This document shows, piece after piece, positions 11,042 to 29,935 of a stretch of 34,722 nucleotides of DNA. The position numbers and the translations under genes were made by a program. Positions within the stretch are counted from its first letter, which is position 1. Every line of letters starts with the position of its first letter. The stretch comes from Catajapyx aquilonaris (lineage: Eukaryota), in the NCBI GenBank assembly GCA_000934665.2, contig KZ539062.1, positions 1-34,722 of the forward strand. Direction: 5' to 3'. A model generated the notes under the pieces. It was given only the letters and a program-made list of their open reading frames with translations. It did not search any database and was not told the DNA's origin.

Positions 11042-11291
11042 GAGGCACTCAGAGGAAGAACGGCATATCCCAACCGGAGTTCGTTTTGAGAAAAGTGGCT
11101 TTTTGTGTTTTGCTTTACCATGCAGCTAAAGCTACAGACAAATTTTACAAGGTGGAATATGTGAGCTTTGACATGCCCCAATTCATTTCATACTTCAGCA
11201 CATAAAAGGCAGATGGAAGGAGAGGACAACAGCACTACAAACTCAAAATTTGAGGTTGGTTGGGATATGCCGTTCTTCCTTTGAGCGTCTC
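11042..11291. mobile_element. MITE with 34-bp TIRs and AATT TSD (Sola1-like)
   Basis: AATT|GAGGCACTCAGAGGAAGAACGGCATATCCCAACC...GGTTGGGATATGCCGTTCTTCCTTTGAGCGTCTC|AATT. Confidence 0.75.
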
Positions 11292-11432
11292 AATTGTAAC
11301 AGCCTTAATTGTATTACTGTTGTAAATGAACAAAAAGGTCACATGAGATAATTAAAAGGTCAGGTAGTGTGCCTGTCGTGTTCTGTTACAATGTCTGGAA
11401 AACTAATGTTGGTTTTCTGATAAAACTTAGTA

Positions 11433-12395
11433 GGGGAGACTGGGGCACAGTGGACCACGGGGCACAGTGGACCTTTCCATTTTAAAAATCGAAAAAGCCG
11501 CCAAATTTTTTTCATCTGGTACCTCGTGAAAGAAGTCACTGCCATGCTCCTGCCAACGTGGCTGGCAACGGCTAGCGATCAATCGATCGATAGATATCCA
11601 GCGAAATCGATTTGAAGATAAGTGAAGTAAATTACTAACCCACAGTTTAAATGCCACTTCAGGATTAGATGTTGGGCATGAGACTGATATAAAAATGTTG
11701 TGGAATAGTGCCGCCCTTTGTCCATGAATACCGGAAGTTTGGTAAGCCTAACTTGCAATCGAAGTTAGAATCATAGCATTATGTCAGTTGCTGCTGTCCG
11801 GGGCACAGTGGTCCAGTCATTTGCGGGGCACAGTGGTCCAGTCATTTGCGGGGCACAGTGGTCCACGTACCACTGTGCCCCGAAATGCACACTGTGTCCC
11901 GAAATGAACAGCTGTAAAAAAAATGTGAGACAAATTATTTTTAAAATGTGAATTAGGTAGAAAAAAGGGCAAAACTGTGATTTTGACAAACCACCCTCCA
12001 AATGAACAACTGTAAAAAAAAATGTGAGGCAATGATTTTAAAAATGTGAATTAGGTAGAAAAAAGGGGCAAAACTGTGATGTTGACACAGTCCTCAAAAT
12101 GAACAGCTGTAAAAAAAATGTTAGGCAATGATAATAAACTTCTTGTGTGAATTAGGAGTCCCAATCACTTCCGGACCACTGTGCCCCACCTATCGGGGTA
12201 CAGTGGACCATTTGCAGGGGGTCGCTTCTAATTTTTTTTAAAGCCAAAAGGATGGCACTGCCTGTGAATATAGTAGTGACTTATATTACCAAGGAGTATC
12301 TCCACCATGCCTGAAAATATTGGGTGTGTAGGTATAACAGGTAGGTATATAAAATTCAAATGTGCAAAAGTGGTCCACTGTGCCCCGGTCTCCCC
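11433..12395. mobile_element. TA-flanked non-autonomous DNA transposon (pogo/Tc1-mariner-like) with internal repeats
   Basis: TA|GGGGAGACTGGGGCACAGTGGACCA...TGGTCCACTGTGCCCCGGTCTCCCC|TA; the GGGGCACAGTGG motif is reiterated many times internally in both orientations. Confidence 0.82.
11902..12160. repeat. ~98-bp tandem repeat (about 2.6 copies) inside the 11433-12395 element
   Basis: AAATGAACA(G/A)CTGTAAAAAAAATG units begin at ~11902, ~12000 and ~12097. Confidence 0.8.
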
Positions 12396-12478
12396 TACAC
12401 CACTGGCAATTGCTAACCTCCACATCACTGATGAAAAGAATTATTTTCATTGTGAAGCATGACTTTTCAGTAGATTAA

Positions 12479-12853
12479 GGCTGCGTTTACATGTGGGCGA
12501 TTTGATCAGCGATGTCATCGCTGAACCATGAAATTTACGAAAGCAGTTATTTGGGCTGAAAGTAGCTATCGCTTTTAAGAAGGGAGGGCATCAGCAATGA
12601 CATCGCTCAGATCTGTTTCATGTAGATGGCGGCAATGATATTGCCTCACATCGCAGTGGCATGCCAACAGTACAGTTACTGGTACAGGTACAGGTTACTG
12701 TATTGTTGGCATGCCGTTGCGATGCACGTCGCCACACACGGGTGAGGTATAAGCGCTGTCGCTTGCATCATGATGTCAGAACCACTACTCATGGGCAATG
12801 TCATCACCCGGTGATATGATCTCCGATCAAATCGCCCACGTGTAAATGCATCT
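12479..12853. mobile_element. PIF/Harbinger-type MITE
   Basis: TAA|GGCTGCGTTTACATGTGGGCGATTTGATC...GATCAAATCGCCCACGTGTAAATGCATCT|TGA; internal palindrome GCATGCCAACA...TGTTGGCATGC. Confidence 0.75.
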
Positions 12854-13170
12854 TGAGATCTGTGATAACTCCTTGCAACAAAAGTGAGAGATTTGCCTTG
12901 ACATTCAATGTATTATAGAGATTTAAGGAGCTTAAATATTTTGCCGGCACTTAATATTATAACTACTACTCAGTGTTAAATAAGATGAGTCATTTTGTGC
13001 GGAACAATTATAATCCTCTTCATGCTGTGTTTTAGTTCAGATAATAATGTGTGGCTTATCTCTTTTTTGCCATCTGACCTTATCACTGACTCTATAAATT
13101 TCATAATGGAGTAGAATACTTTGTGAATTTTGTTCAATGCTGATTAACTTTTTAACTTTCAGCATCTAAA

Positions 13171-20755
<7,585 letters not shown>

Positions 20756-20884
20756 GTTGCAGGTACGTAAGCTGAAATGCATGAGAAGTGAGATGCAATT
20801 TGAAGCATGGATTACGGTTTCTTGATGTGCTTGGATACGTCTGAATGCAGGAGTTGTGAGCAGGTCCACAGGTCATAATATCTA

Positions 20885-21635
20885 GAGTGTGTTTAAAATA
20901 TGTTTTATCAAGATGAAGGAGTTCAGGGGTGTCCTTGAAGTGTTAGTTATCATCACTTGATTCTTAAGTTGGCATTTTTATTGAAGAATCGCCTCATGAC
21001 GGGCAAGAAACCGCATTTGTTCATTACGACACATTTAAAGCAGTCCATACCTAATCACCTTTATAGTTATTTTGCCATTTCATGGGAGCATACCACGAGA
21101 AGGCTACTCTGTTGATGCTCCAATAATTTTTCGGTTGTCTTATGGGTGGTGTGTGGGTAGTTATACTTATGGGACATTACGGTTGGTGTGGCCCTTATGT
21201 GGTGAGACCCTGCAAACCAGGAGGAAAGGTATGGAGCAATACAACAGTACCCGTCAAACAGGGTGAGATTGTGCCACACAAAAAAATATCCCCCCTCCCT
21301 TAGCATGTAAAATTTTTTGACACAAACTGGAAGGTGAGATGTGCAGAAATGTTGCGTATATATTTTGTTCCAATAGATCAGTTTTTGCTTATTAGAAAAA
21401 CCTCAAAATGTGGCACAATCTCAGCCTGTTTTACAGTACTTCTGGTGAGACTTTGAAGGTAATTAGAGATGGACAGCTTTAAATGTGTCGTGGAGAACAA
21501 AGGCGGTTTCTTCCCTGTCATGCCGTGATTCGTCAATAAAAATGCCAGAATTATGAATCAAGTGATGTTTACAGGCACTCAAAGGACACCCCTGAACTCC
21601 TTAATCATGATAAAACACATTGTTTATAGTCACTC
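20885..21635. mobile_element. Inverted-repeat element (~180-bp arms) just downstream of the PTGR1 stop
   Basis: AAGGAGTTCAGGGGTGTCCTT…CGACACATTTAAAGC vs GCTTTAAATGTGTCG…AAGGACACCCCTGAACTCCTT. Confidence 0.75.
21251..21436. mobile_element. pogo-like TA-flanked MITE nested in 20885-21635
   Basis: CCGTCAAACAGGGTGAGATTGTGCCAC...GTGGCACAATCTCAGCCTGTTTTACAG|TA; related copy at ~22497-22680. Confidence 0.7.
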
Positions 21636-21738
21636 GCATGATCTGTAAGAGTCACTGGCTCAAAATTATGAAAAAATGCAATATCATTAATTTTTCCCTT
21701 CCTGCAACCAGTTGGATTTTTGCGAACTTAGGCCAATA

Positions 21739-22084
21739 GGCGCATTCACACGAGCGACCTTCGGCCAGGAAGTTTCCTGGCCAAAGGTCGCCAAGCCCGT
21801 TCACACGCTAGTGGCCAGGTTCAGCCAGGAGGGAAGGTCGCCACCCGAGCCAGGAAAAGATGGCTGAGCTGGCCATGCTCCGGAAGATGGCTAGCCATGG
21901 CCAGCGATGGTTGCCAGGAGTAACGCATGCGCAGTAGCGGCACTCCCAAGCGCCTCCCGATGCTCACTTGTCCCCCAACAACGTCGCTCGTGTGAACTGT
22001 TACTTTCGATTCCTGGCCAGCCGCTGGCCACGTTTCCGTATTGGCCAGGAATTCCTGGCCAAGGGTTGCTCGTGTGAATGAGCC
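21739..22084. mobile_element. Harbinger-like MITE with (T)GGCCAGG repeats
   Basis: TA|GGCGCATTCACACGAGCGACCTTCGGCCAGGAA...TTCCTGGCCAAGGGTTGCTCGTGTGAATGAGCC|TA. Confidence 0.78.
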
Positions 22085-22086
22085 TA

Positions 22087-22270
22087 CTCTCTTCTTCTCT
22101 GGTTCACACTTCAATTCGATCAGGTTCGATGTTCTCTTTCATTGCTGTCGTGGTGCTAGCTGCAGTACTCCTTGTCTGATCGCTTTGCTCACATCCAATT
22201 ATCTGTTAGCCATGATTTCTGCCAATGCTTCCGACCGATCTTCTTCACGTCAACATTTCCCATCACTGTC
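22087..22270 (-). pseudogene. Possible decayed pogo-like transposase N-terminus (pipsqueak-type HTH)
   Basis: Minus frame reads KC*REEDRSEALAEIMANR*LDVSKAIRQGV with stops, resembling HTH_psq (W.EEDM..AL..I....SV..AA...GV); lies next to pogo-like TIR motifs at 22317-22680. Confidence 0.4.
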
Positions 22271-22316
22271 ACACATGAAAATCAGTGAAATAATGAGGGG
22301 AAACAGGGGAAAACAG

Positions 22317-22680
22317 TGGCACAATCTCACCTTGTCAACTGCACATTTTTTACTAATTGCACCATGTTTAGAAAAAAAAATCTGCATGTTAAAGATGCTC
22401 ATTTGTACAGACAGACTGGTGAGAATGTACCCATGGCATGTTTCTTATTCATTTTAAGCATATAAATAGTCTTGCACAATCTCACCCCACTACTGGACAG
22501 GGTGAAATTGTGGCATGGAAAATAATTTATATCTCCCTTCCCTTAGCATATAAAAATCATTTTCACATATGATCTGAAAGGTGAGATGTGCAGCAATGTT
22601 GCACATAAATTTCGTTCCAATATATCAAAACTCTGGTTTGCTCGTAAGAAAAACCTCAAAAAGTGGCACAATCTCACCCA
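22317..22680. mobile_element. pogo-like transposon end / second copy of the 21251-21436 family
   Basis: GCACAATCTCACC motif at ~22319, ~22474 and ~22666; 22497-22680 aligns by eye with 21257-21430. Confidence 0.6.
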
Positions 22681-23614
22681 CGGCCCCTCTTGAAATGGAA
22701 AAATATTATTCATGGTCCAAAGCCGCTATAATTTGGGAGAATGTGACATTTTATGCCATTCACAGGAAAAGATAAAACAAGCTTTACACAGTCATCACAG
22801 AGATGCATTATTATCAGGCTGTGGGGGGCAAGCAGGGTTGGTGGGGAAGAGGAGGGACTTCTGACATACCAGAGAAGAGCTGCTTTGTACCACCAATTAG
22901 AACCGTCAATAGGCCTTATAATACTAATCCTTTCGTTCAGACTCCCACAAGGAATCATTTGAAGAATTCTAATTTTTAAATGGGAAGATAGGCTAACCTT
23001 AGTGAAAAGCTAAAGTGGTTCTTCCCCAGAAGTACAAGGACATCATGGTGCAGGGATTTGTGACCTCCTGGTAATATATTTTCAGTGTGGTGATGGACAA
23101 AATGACATATTTCAGGGCAAATTATCCTTTCTGGAGAGGGGGCAATAAACTACACCAAAGCCAGTGGGAGGAGGGGGGTTGCTTACTTGGAAAACATGGA
23201 TAATAATCAGGTGGGGAAAACATGATTATGTGGAATGATGACATCACGGATGACATAGTCAAATAGCTTACGGTTTTTATTTTATCAAATGGCAAAATGA
23301 CAGGCGTGGAGAACGGAATGAAAAGCATTGTGTATGCTGATTACTTTATTGTGGCCGATTTCTAAACTCACTGCCTGTGCCATTTCAGATGCCAAGGCAA
23401 GCTCAACATCCAGCCTGCCTGTACATTTTGCACTGCAAAGGATACATTCTTGACACACTGATATACGGTACAATTGTCAATAAAGGGTTTTCACATGGTT
23501 TGGCATTAATTTAGGAGCTGTTTGTATTCTTACACTAATCTTGATACCTGCTATTTTGGGGGCTTACTGTAATTAATACAATGTTTGGACAGTGCCATAG
23601 CACAAGGGGGTAGT

Positions 23615-23881
23615 CACTTCGGAGAGCAGGTGTACACCCTCACTGGTGAGCCGTGGAGAGCCGAGGGAAAACTACGTCATATTGACATCATATCATCAAC
23701 CCCTCGGGTTGTGATGTAGTTGGCTCTCCGAAGCTCTTTGCGGCTCTCCGCGGCTCTCTGAAGCTCTGCAGCTCTCCGAGGCATCAGTGAGCCCATAAGA
23801 CCATGGGTGAGCCTGCTGGTGAGCCGGGGGAGAGCCGCAGAGAGCCTCACAAGAGAGCCGGTGTACACTTTTTTGAGAGTG
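23615..23881. mobile_element. Short TIR element with CACT…AGTG ends and GAGAGCC/GGCTCTC subterminal repeats (CACTA-like)
   Basis: GTGTACACC / GGTGTACAC near both ends; many GAGAGCC and GGCTCTC motifs; no TSD seen. Confidence 0.45.
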
Positions 23882-25006
23882 ACCCTTGCCTTAGCCTTTT
23901 CAATCTGGTAGGCCAATCTCCACTTTAACGTTCCCAGCATTTTGGAAAACCATTATTCTTAGTCATCAGTAGAAGGGTGCAGAAAATTGTTCTTCCTAAA
24001 GAGTGTCTGATGTTGGCGAAACAATATGCAATATTATTTTTATGCCATTTTCTACTTGATGCAGTCCCACTCAACAATTCTAGCTACAATTGCATTTTTT
24101 AATTTACTGAGAACACCCCATACTATAAACTTACAAGTCGTTCATTTATGTTGCCACCAGGCAACAGTGTTCAAAGGGAGAATGACATTTATTTTGAGGA
24201 GTAAGCAGTTATGCCGATTTTTTCAGTTGTGCACAATTTGGAAAGAAGGGTACTGTTCATGATGACTAGTCCCTGACTCTTGTCGCCATGGGTTCCTTGA
24301 AATTCAGGCAGCAGGCGACTGACCCCAGGACCCAACAAACGAATCCCTATGAACCTGAAAGCGACCACAAGGTATGCTGTACGGACACCAGCAAGCACGT
24401 GTAGGCCTACTATTCGTTTACGAGTGCATATCCCCACCTAAAAGGGGTTCAGTGAAGATCAGAGGAAACTAATTTAGAAAAATATTTCGCAACATATTGT
24501 GCCAGTGGAAACTGTCTATAAGCGGTAGAGTCCAGAGCAAGTGATACTTCCTTGCAGTTTGTCTTTTGACTAAGTTTTGTGATTACCTTTCAGTTTATTG
24601 TTGTTCTTCAGTTTTTGCTCTGGTTTGTGACGTTATACATAAATACTTTAGGTCTATAAAATTATTCTAGTTTTTCAAAATTTTATGTAGCATTTTATCC
24701 TCCATATGCCCGCAAAAGTAACATTTTGGTGCCTATTTGAGGTTTTTTTCATGCCTATCGGGGTTTTTTCGTGCGTAAAGGGCAACCTTTTTGACCCCAC
24801 AAGGTCAGGGATCAGTGTACTGCCGGTCAAATTGATCCTCTTGGTCTATGGAATGTTTGTGCAAAGTGGCTTGCTTTCAGCATTTTACCGTTTTCCCAAG
24901 TGTATACCGCTTACAAAGGTCGGTCCCTTCATATTTCCAGCAGTGCCAATGTAGAGTACAAGCATGGGCGTAGCCAGGGAAGTGCAGAAAAGCGGCGGGG
25001 GGGGGG

Positions 25007-25259
25007 NNNNNNNNNNNNNNNNNNNNNNNNNNNNNNNNNNNNNNNNNNNNNNNNNNNNNNNNNNNNNNNNNNNNNNNNNNNNNNNNNNNNNNNNNNNNNN
25101 NNNNNNNNNNNNNNNNNNNNNNNNNNNNNNNNNNNNNNNNNNNNNNNNNNNNNNNNNNNNNNNNNNNNNNNNNNNNNNNNNNNNNNNNNNNNNNNNNNNN
25201 NNNNNNNNNNNNNNNNNNNNNNNNNNNNNNNNNNNNNNNNNNNNNNNNNNNNNNNNNNN
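25007..25259. other. Assembly gap (253 N)
   Basis: Run of N flanked by poly-G and poly-C. Confidence 0.99.
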
Positions 25260-25402
25260 CCCCCACTCACACTCTGTCAGTGACATATAAAATCTAATCC
25301 AATAAGAATGCTGATATATTTTTTTAAATGCTACTAATTCGCATGCTCATCATTACCATGGCGTGTCAAAATATCGCCGGCCGACAATGCCTGAAAGTTG
25401 AT

Positions 25403-25926
25403 GGGTGGCATGGTCACTATCTGCGCGCCAATTTCCGATGGTTCAAATATTCGCAAACGGCTCAGAAAATGCAGGTTTGGTAAAATTCTGAAAGACACAT
25501 CGAGAATAATTCCACGCAGAATGTGGCGCGTGCTGAGTGGGTTCCAATTTAAATGTCCGTTTCATTGTGCACACTTTCGCAAAATATATGTGCGAAAAAT
25601 TCGCAAATTGACCTCCGATTAATGGAGCCGGCTCATTTTACCATTTTCGCAAATGCAGTAATAAGTTACATGTATTTGGATTGATAAGACTAATATACGA
25701 GCAGTATAAGCCAAACACAATCAATGTATCGGCACAGATTTTTGTGAAAACTTGCAAAATGAAACGGACGCTTCAATAATTGGAACCCACTCAGCACATG
25801 CCACCTGCTGCGTGGAATTATTATCGATGTATCTTGCAGAATTTTGCCAAACGCCTGCCTTTTCCGAGCTCTTTGCGAAATTTTGAACCGTCGGACATTG
25901 GCACGCAGATAGTGACCATGACACCC
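25403..25926. mobile_element. Inverted-repeat element (~190-bp arms)
   Basis: GGGTGGCATGGTCACTATCTGCGCGCCAAT…GTGCTGAGTGGGTTCCAATT vs AATTGGAACCCACTCAGCAC…ATTGGCACGCAGATAGTGACCATGACACCC. Confidence 0.75.
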
Positions 25927-26266
25927 GCAGAATTAGAAATTTTGATTTGCTCGTAATTAATTCTCCAGAGGGTATGTATGGCCATGTTCTGGCCCGGTCC
26001 GAACGGTGCTGTGGGTGGTTCTGAAGTCACACAACCCGCCTGGCGGGATTTGGGCATCGCCGCCGTACCCTGGTATCTGGGGATACGGGCTTCACATTTT
26101 CTCTATTTTTTCTCTCTCCTCTTTCCCTCCTCCTTTTCTCCCTGTCTTATCTCTCCCCTTCTTCCGCCTTCTTCCTTCCCTATACCACCTACCAACCCAC
26201 CCCCGCTGAGAGGTATGGCGGCCGCCATACCTACACATAATTATAGGGATCGGCACCCCTGCATTG

Positions 26267-26950
26267 CATTGGTAGCCTACTCCAAGGGATGAAAAACGCA
26301 CCTAAAGTTACCTCTCAAAATGACCCTGTGACCACTTTTTGAGGGGGGGGGGGGGGGNATTAGGAAAACTCCAAATTCCCATTTTTGACGGCTTCTTCAA
26401 GTATATTAATGGGAAATCATGATCTGGTGCACCATTAGACAGGAAATATCATGAAATGTTCGAAATATCAAGCAGTTTACACCCAGAATCGCTCAGAATA
26501 TGCTGACTACATTGTAAACCGAAAACCATTAAAAGAGCATCTCTAGTGAGTCTCCCATCATGAAGCATTTTTAATGCTCTTGTAATGCCCATGTGATGCT
26601 TTTTAGCAAAAAAATATGCATCACTAGAGCATTACCAGAGCATTAAAAATTGATGCTTCATGGAGGACTCACTAGAGATGCTCTTTTAATGGTTAGCGAT
26701 TTATGTAGTCACAGCATATTCTGGGTTTAAACTGCCGGATATTTTCAACATTTAACGATATTTCCTGCCTAATGATGCACCAGGTCATGATTTCCCATTT
26801 TACTTGAACACGCCGTCAAAAATAGGTATTATTTTGGAGTTTTCCGAATTTGACGATTTGACCTCTGCCCCCCCCCCCCCCTTCAAAAAGTGGCCACAGG
26901 TTCATTTTGAGTAGGTAACTTTTCATCCCTTGGGGTTGGCTACCAGTGCG
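26267..26950. mobile_element. ~680-bp foldback element, possibly Transib-derived
   Basis: CATTGGTAGCCTACTCCAAGGGATGAAAA / TTTTCATCCCTTGGGGTTGGCTACCAGTG; inversion continues to a centre at ~26610; flanks CATTG and CAGTG resemble a 5-bp TSD. Confidence 0.75.
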
Positions 26951-29353
26951 CAGTGCACCGAATTTCAAGAAAATCTGTGATTGGCACTTGGAAAGTGTCC
27001 CATGTTAGACTAGTAGCCTATGCCTATATGGCTCTCGGGTGGCGGAGCCTTGTTAACCGGGGAGGAGGGGAGGGGAGGGGAGGGGAGAGTGAACCCCCCT
27101 TATGCAACAAGCTCCCTTATGCATGGGCAGCATAGGGGGATTTGACATTGTCTACATTTCTGAGACCATACGGCCACAAAATTGTCTCCATCACCATAGA
27201 AATTGCATGAAAAAAGTAGATGATTTGGCGCGTAGTTCGTATTTTTTTCCATTTTCGGTCAAGAAAATAGTGACCTTTACTAGGAAAACCCTCGCTACGC
27301 TCGCATTTTTCTGTGGCGCCGGCGCGGCGCGGTGTAGAAAAGCGGCGAGCGACACCGTATTTTTTAATCGCTTCGGACTTATAGCCAGTGATGATCCCCA
27401 TCCCCCAATCATATGCATACCCCTCATTCCGACCAATTCGACCTCGTTTAAAAAACTGGAATTAAGGTACCCGATGATAATATGGCCAAGATAAGCTTTG
27501 GCGAATTTTCCTGAAGCCGTATTGGTAGATTTTAAAAAAACAAAGTACGGTATCTTGTACATTGGAACCTTGCTAGTGGAGGACAAAATAATCAGACTTA
27601 TAGATGAAAGGGAACAATTGGAAAAATATTTTCGCGCTAAGGTCTGCCATTTGGCCATAATAAAAACATACGATGTTAATATGGCCAACAACCTTTCGCT
27701 CGCCTAAAAAATGTTCATAAATATTTAGCAAAGTAACTGTGGTTTTTTGTTGTAACTCCTTACATGAAGCTTAAGTTAGGTAATAGAAACTAAGGAAAAA
27801 ATGTAATTGCATAAGTGCTTATCAAATAAATGCCACTGCATTGCCACTGCAATAAGAATTAAAGGAAGTAAGGAAAAGCTGAGACGAGCTGAGAATGGAA
27901 GACTCAAAAATCACTGCAACTTTTTTTTCCCTTTATCTCCTTACATTCTCCTTCTGCGAAGGCCTCTTCTTCATGGGTTTCTTTTGTTTCTTTCTAATAT
28001 GGCCAACATGGCCATAATTGCAACCCAGACGATTTTTACATAGAATCCTAAATGAAGCCGTCATAGTTGGAGTAACTCAAATCACAATGAGTGTACTGGA
28101 ATAAGCATTAAAATGTGCGTATGAAACAATCGCACAATTGAAACTGCACGCCAATGGGACCTGAAAACAATGGCAAATATACGTATGCAGAAATTAAGAA
28201 CGCACTTTACTAGCTCGACATGCTTCTGTCGGCAATATGGCGGGCCGGCGCCGAACTGCGCGGCGCAAAGTAATGATATTCTGCATCACCCCTCTAAGAG
28301 ACCTGCCTGGACACCATGCAGGCACTATCTCCTGGATTCGGCTGTAACTAACCGAGATACAGTCCATTTGCCATATTACCTTCTATGGCTATATTATCAT
28401 CAGGGACCTATTTTACTTTTTATAGTAAACGTCCATGTAGTTTTCACCACCGATAACAAATTCCGACCGTGGAGTAAGTTCGGTTTGTTTACCGCGTTCC
28501 ATCCCTTCTGCCCCCCCCCCCCCNCCCCCATCGTTCCTACAGTCCCTGCTGGGCGGTCATCAATATTTAGAACACGACGCGACGCTGGTGGAGGAAGGTG
28601 GAAGGGTCTAGGTGTTACGGGAGAGAACGATATGTAGCCTACTCGTCGACCTCCAGCAAACGACCAGGGATTCCTCTTGCCATTGCGCATGCGCGGAACG
28701 CGGGCCACTGGGAAGCGGCGGTAACAACAATATGCGGCCCGGGCCAATCAGAGGACTCGGTCGTGCAACGAAGCCTTTTACCGGTAACAGAGAGTCTGCC
28801 AACTCTACCCCCCAAAAATTAGGGGGAGGTAATGACATAATGAGGGGGATTGGGCATCTGAGACTCTGAGAGGGGGATTCGGTGTCCCATCGTTCGCTAA
28901 GACGTCATCTTGTTCAAGGTGCAACTCCTGTGGTAGGTAGCGGGTAGTCTGTCGCGATTGGCTGGATCTTTCTTCCGCATACTTACCACTTTAGTACACC
29001 TTGAAAAAGATGGCGGATAGCGAACGATGTGCGCGAAATTCCCAGCCTGGTGGAAACACAGAAATTAAACTACCGTATCCATACAACTAGGGGGGAAGTG
29101 ACATGGGGCTGAGTGAGGGAGTACTAGTACCTCTTGCTAGTACTAAATATAATAATAATTTAAAGGGACACTCCACTCAAAATACAAGTTGGGCTCTAAA
29201 AATCGGGCAAAAAATCCTGACTACGAGGGTATAAGCAGTTTTTCTGAGAGACGAACGGTAAGGCCAGGGCGAAAGCTGGAAGTGTGTCGTTCGAAAACCG
29301 CGCTCAAACGGGCCCGGTGCAGGTGGCGACGCCACCCCAAGGGTGACGTTGGA

Positions 29354-29789
29354 CGAGCGGCTCGAAGCCGTGGTGCTCCTGAGGGCAGGAGCCTGGATCC
29401 TTGCCCGCGCGCCACCAACGGTCGTTTCCGCAACTACCCGCGGGACTAGTGTTGTACTCGTGCTGTTCAGAGCTGGAATATTAATTTTCACTGTACTAAC
29501 CCAACCCAACCTAACCATACCTAACCTTCACTCGTTGCGGATACAGCCTATCTTCACGTAAGAAAAGAGGGGGAAAAAAAAGAACCCTGAGCGGGACGCG
29601 AACCCGCAGCCTTCCGATCTATAGGCCAGCGCGTTTACCAATACGCTACGTCTGCCATCGCTGGAATTGCTTATTCCGATGGGGATTCTTAGGCTTCCTC
29701 GCGGGTAGTTGCGGAAACGACCGTTGGTGGCGCGCGGGCAAGGATCCAGGCTCCCTGCCCTCAGGAGCACCACGGCTTCGAGCCGCTCG
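29354..29789. mobile_element. Mutator-like MITE, ~90-bp GC-rich TIRs, 10-bp TSD
   Basis: TGACGTTGGA at 29344-29353 and 29790-29799; near-perfect TIRs CGAGCGGCTCGAAGCCGTGGTGCTCCTGAGGGCAGG…; internal (C)TAACC repeats. Confidence 0.82.
29574..29656 (-). other. tRNA-like Pol III cassette (not a functional tRNA)
   Basis: A box TAGCGTATTGG with D-stem GCGT/ACGC; T-arm GCGGG-TTCGCGT-CCCGC; followed by T8; acceptor stem does not pair. Confidence 0.6.
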
Positions 29790-29790
29790 T

Positions 29791-29935
29791 GACGTTGGAT
29801 AGTAGCGCCGCCCTTCCCAACGGCGACTTGGATAAGTTGCCTGCGGGTATGGGGATCCGTGGGGATCTGGTTGTGTCCGAAGCCAACTTCCCCTAGTGCC
29901 CGTTGGGAAGGGCGGCGCTACTATCCAACGTCGCC
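29791..29935. mobile_element. Short palindromic MITE whose left arm received the Mutator-like insertion
   Basis: GACGTTGGATAGTAGCGCCGCCCTTCCCAACGG / CCGTTGGGAAGGGCGGCGCTACTATCCAACGTC (33/33). Confidence 0.75.

Noticed and set aside
11799..12160. Short repeats with intervening sequence, superficially CRISPR-like
   Set aside because: Eukaryotic context, no unique equal-length spacers, no cas genes; the repeats lie inside a TIR element.
24877..25290. Five ORFs of 108-133 aa
   Set aside because: Artefacts of reading through the N gap. Single Ns at 26358, 28524 and 30055 beside G/C runs also flag local assembly uncertainty.
27102..27707. 166-aa minus ORF and overlapping plus ORFs
   Set aside because: No recognisable motif or splice-compatible exon structure; the region has recurring ATGGCCAA motifs typical of TE interiors.
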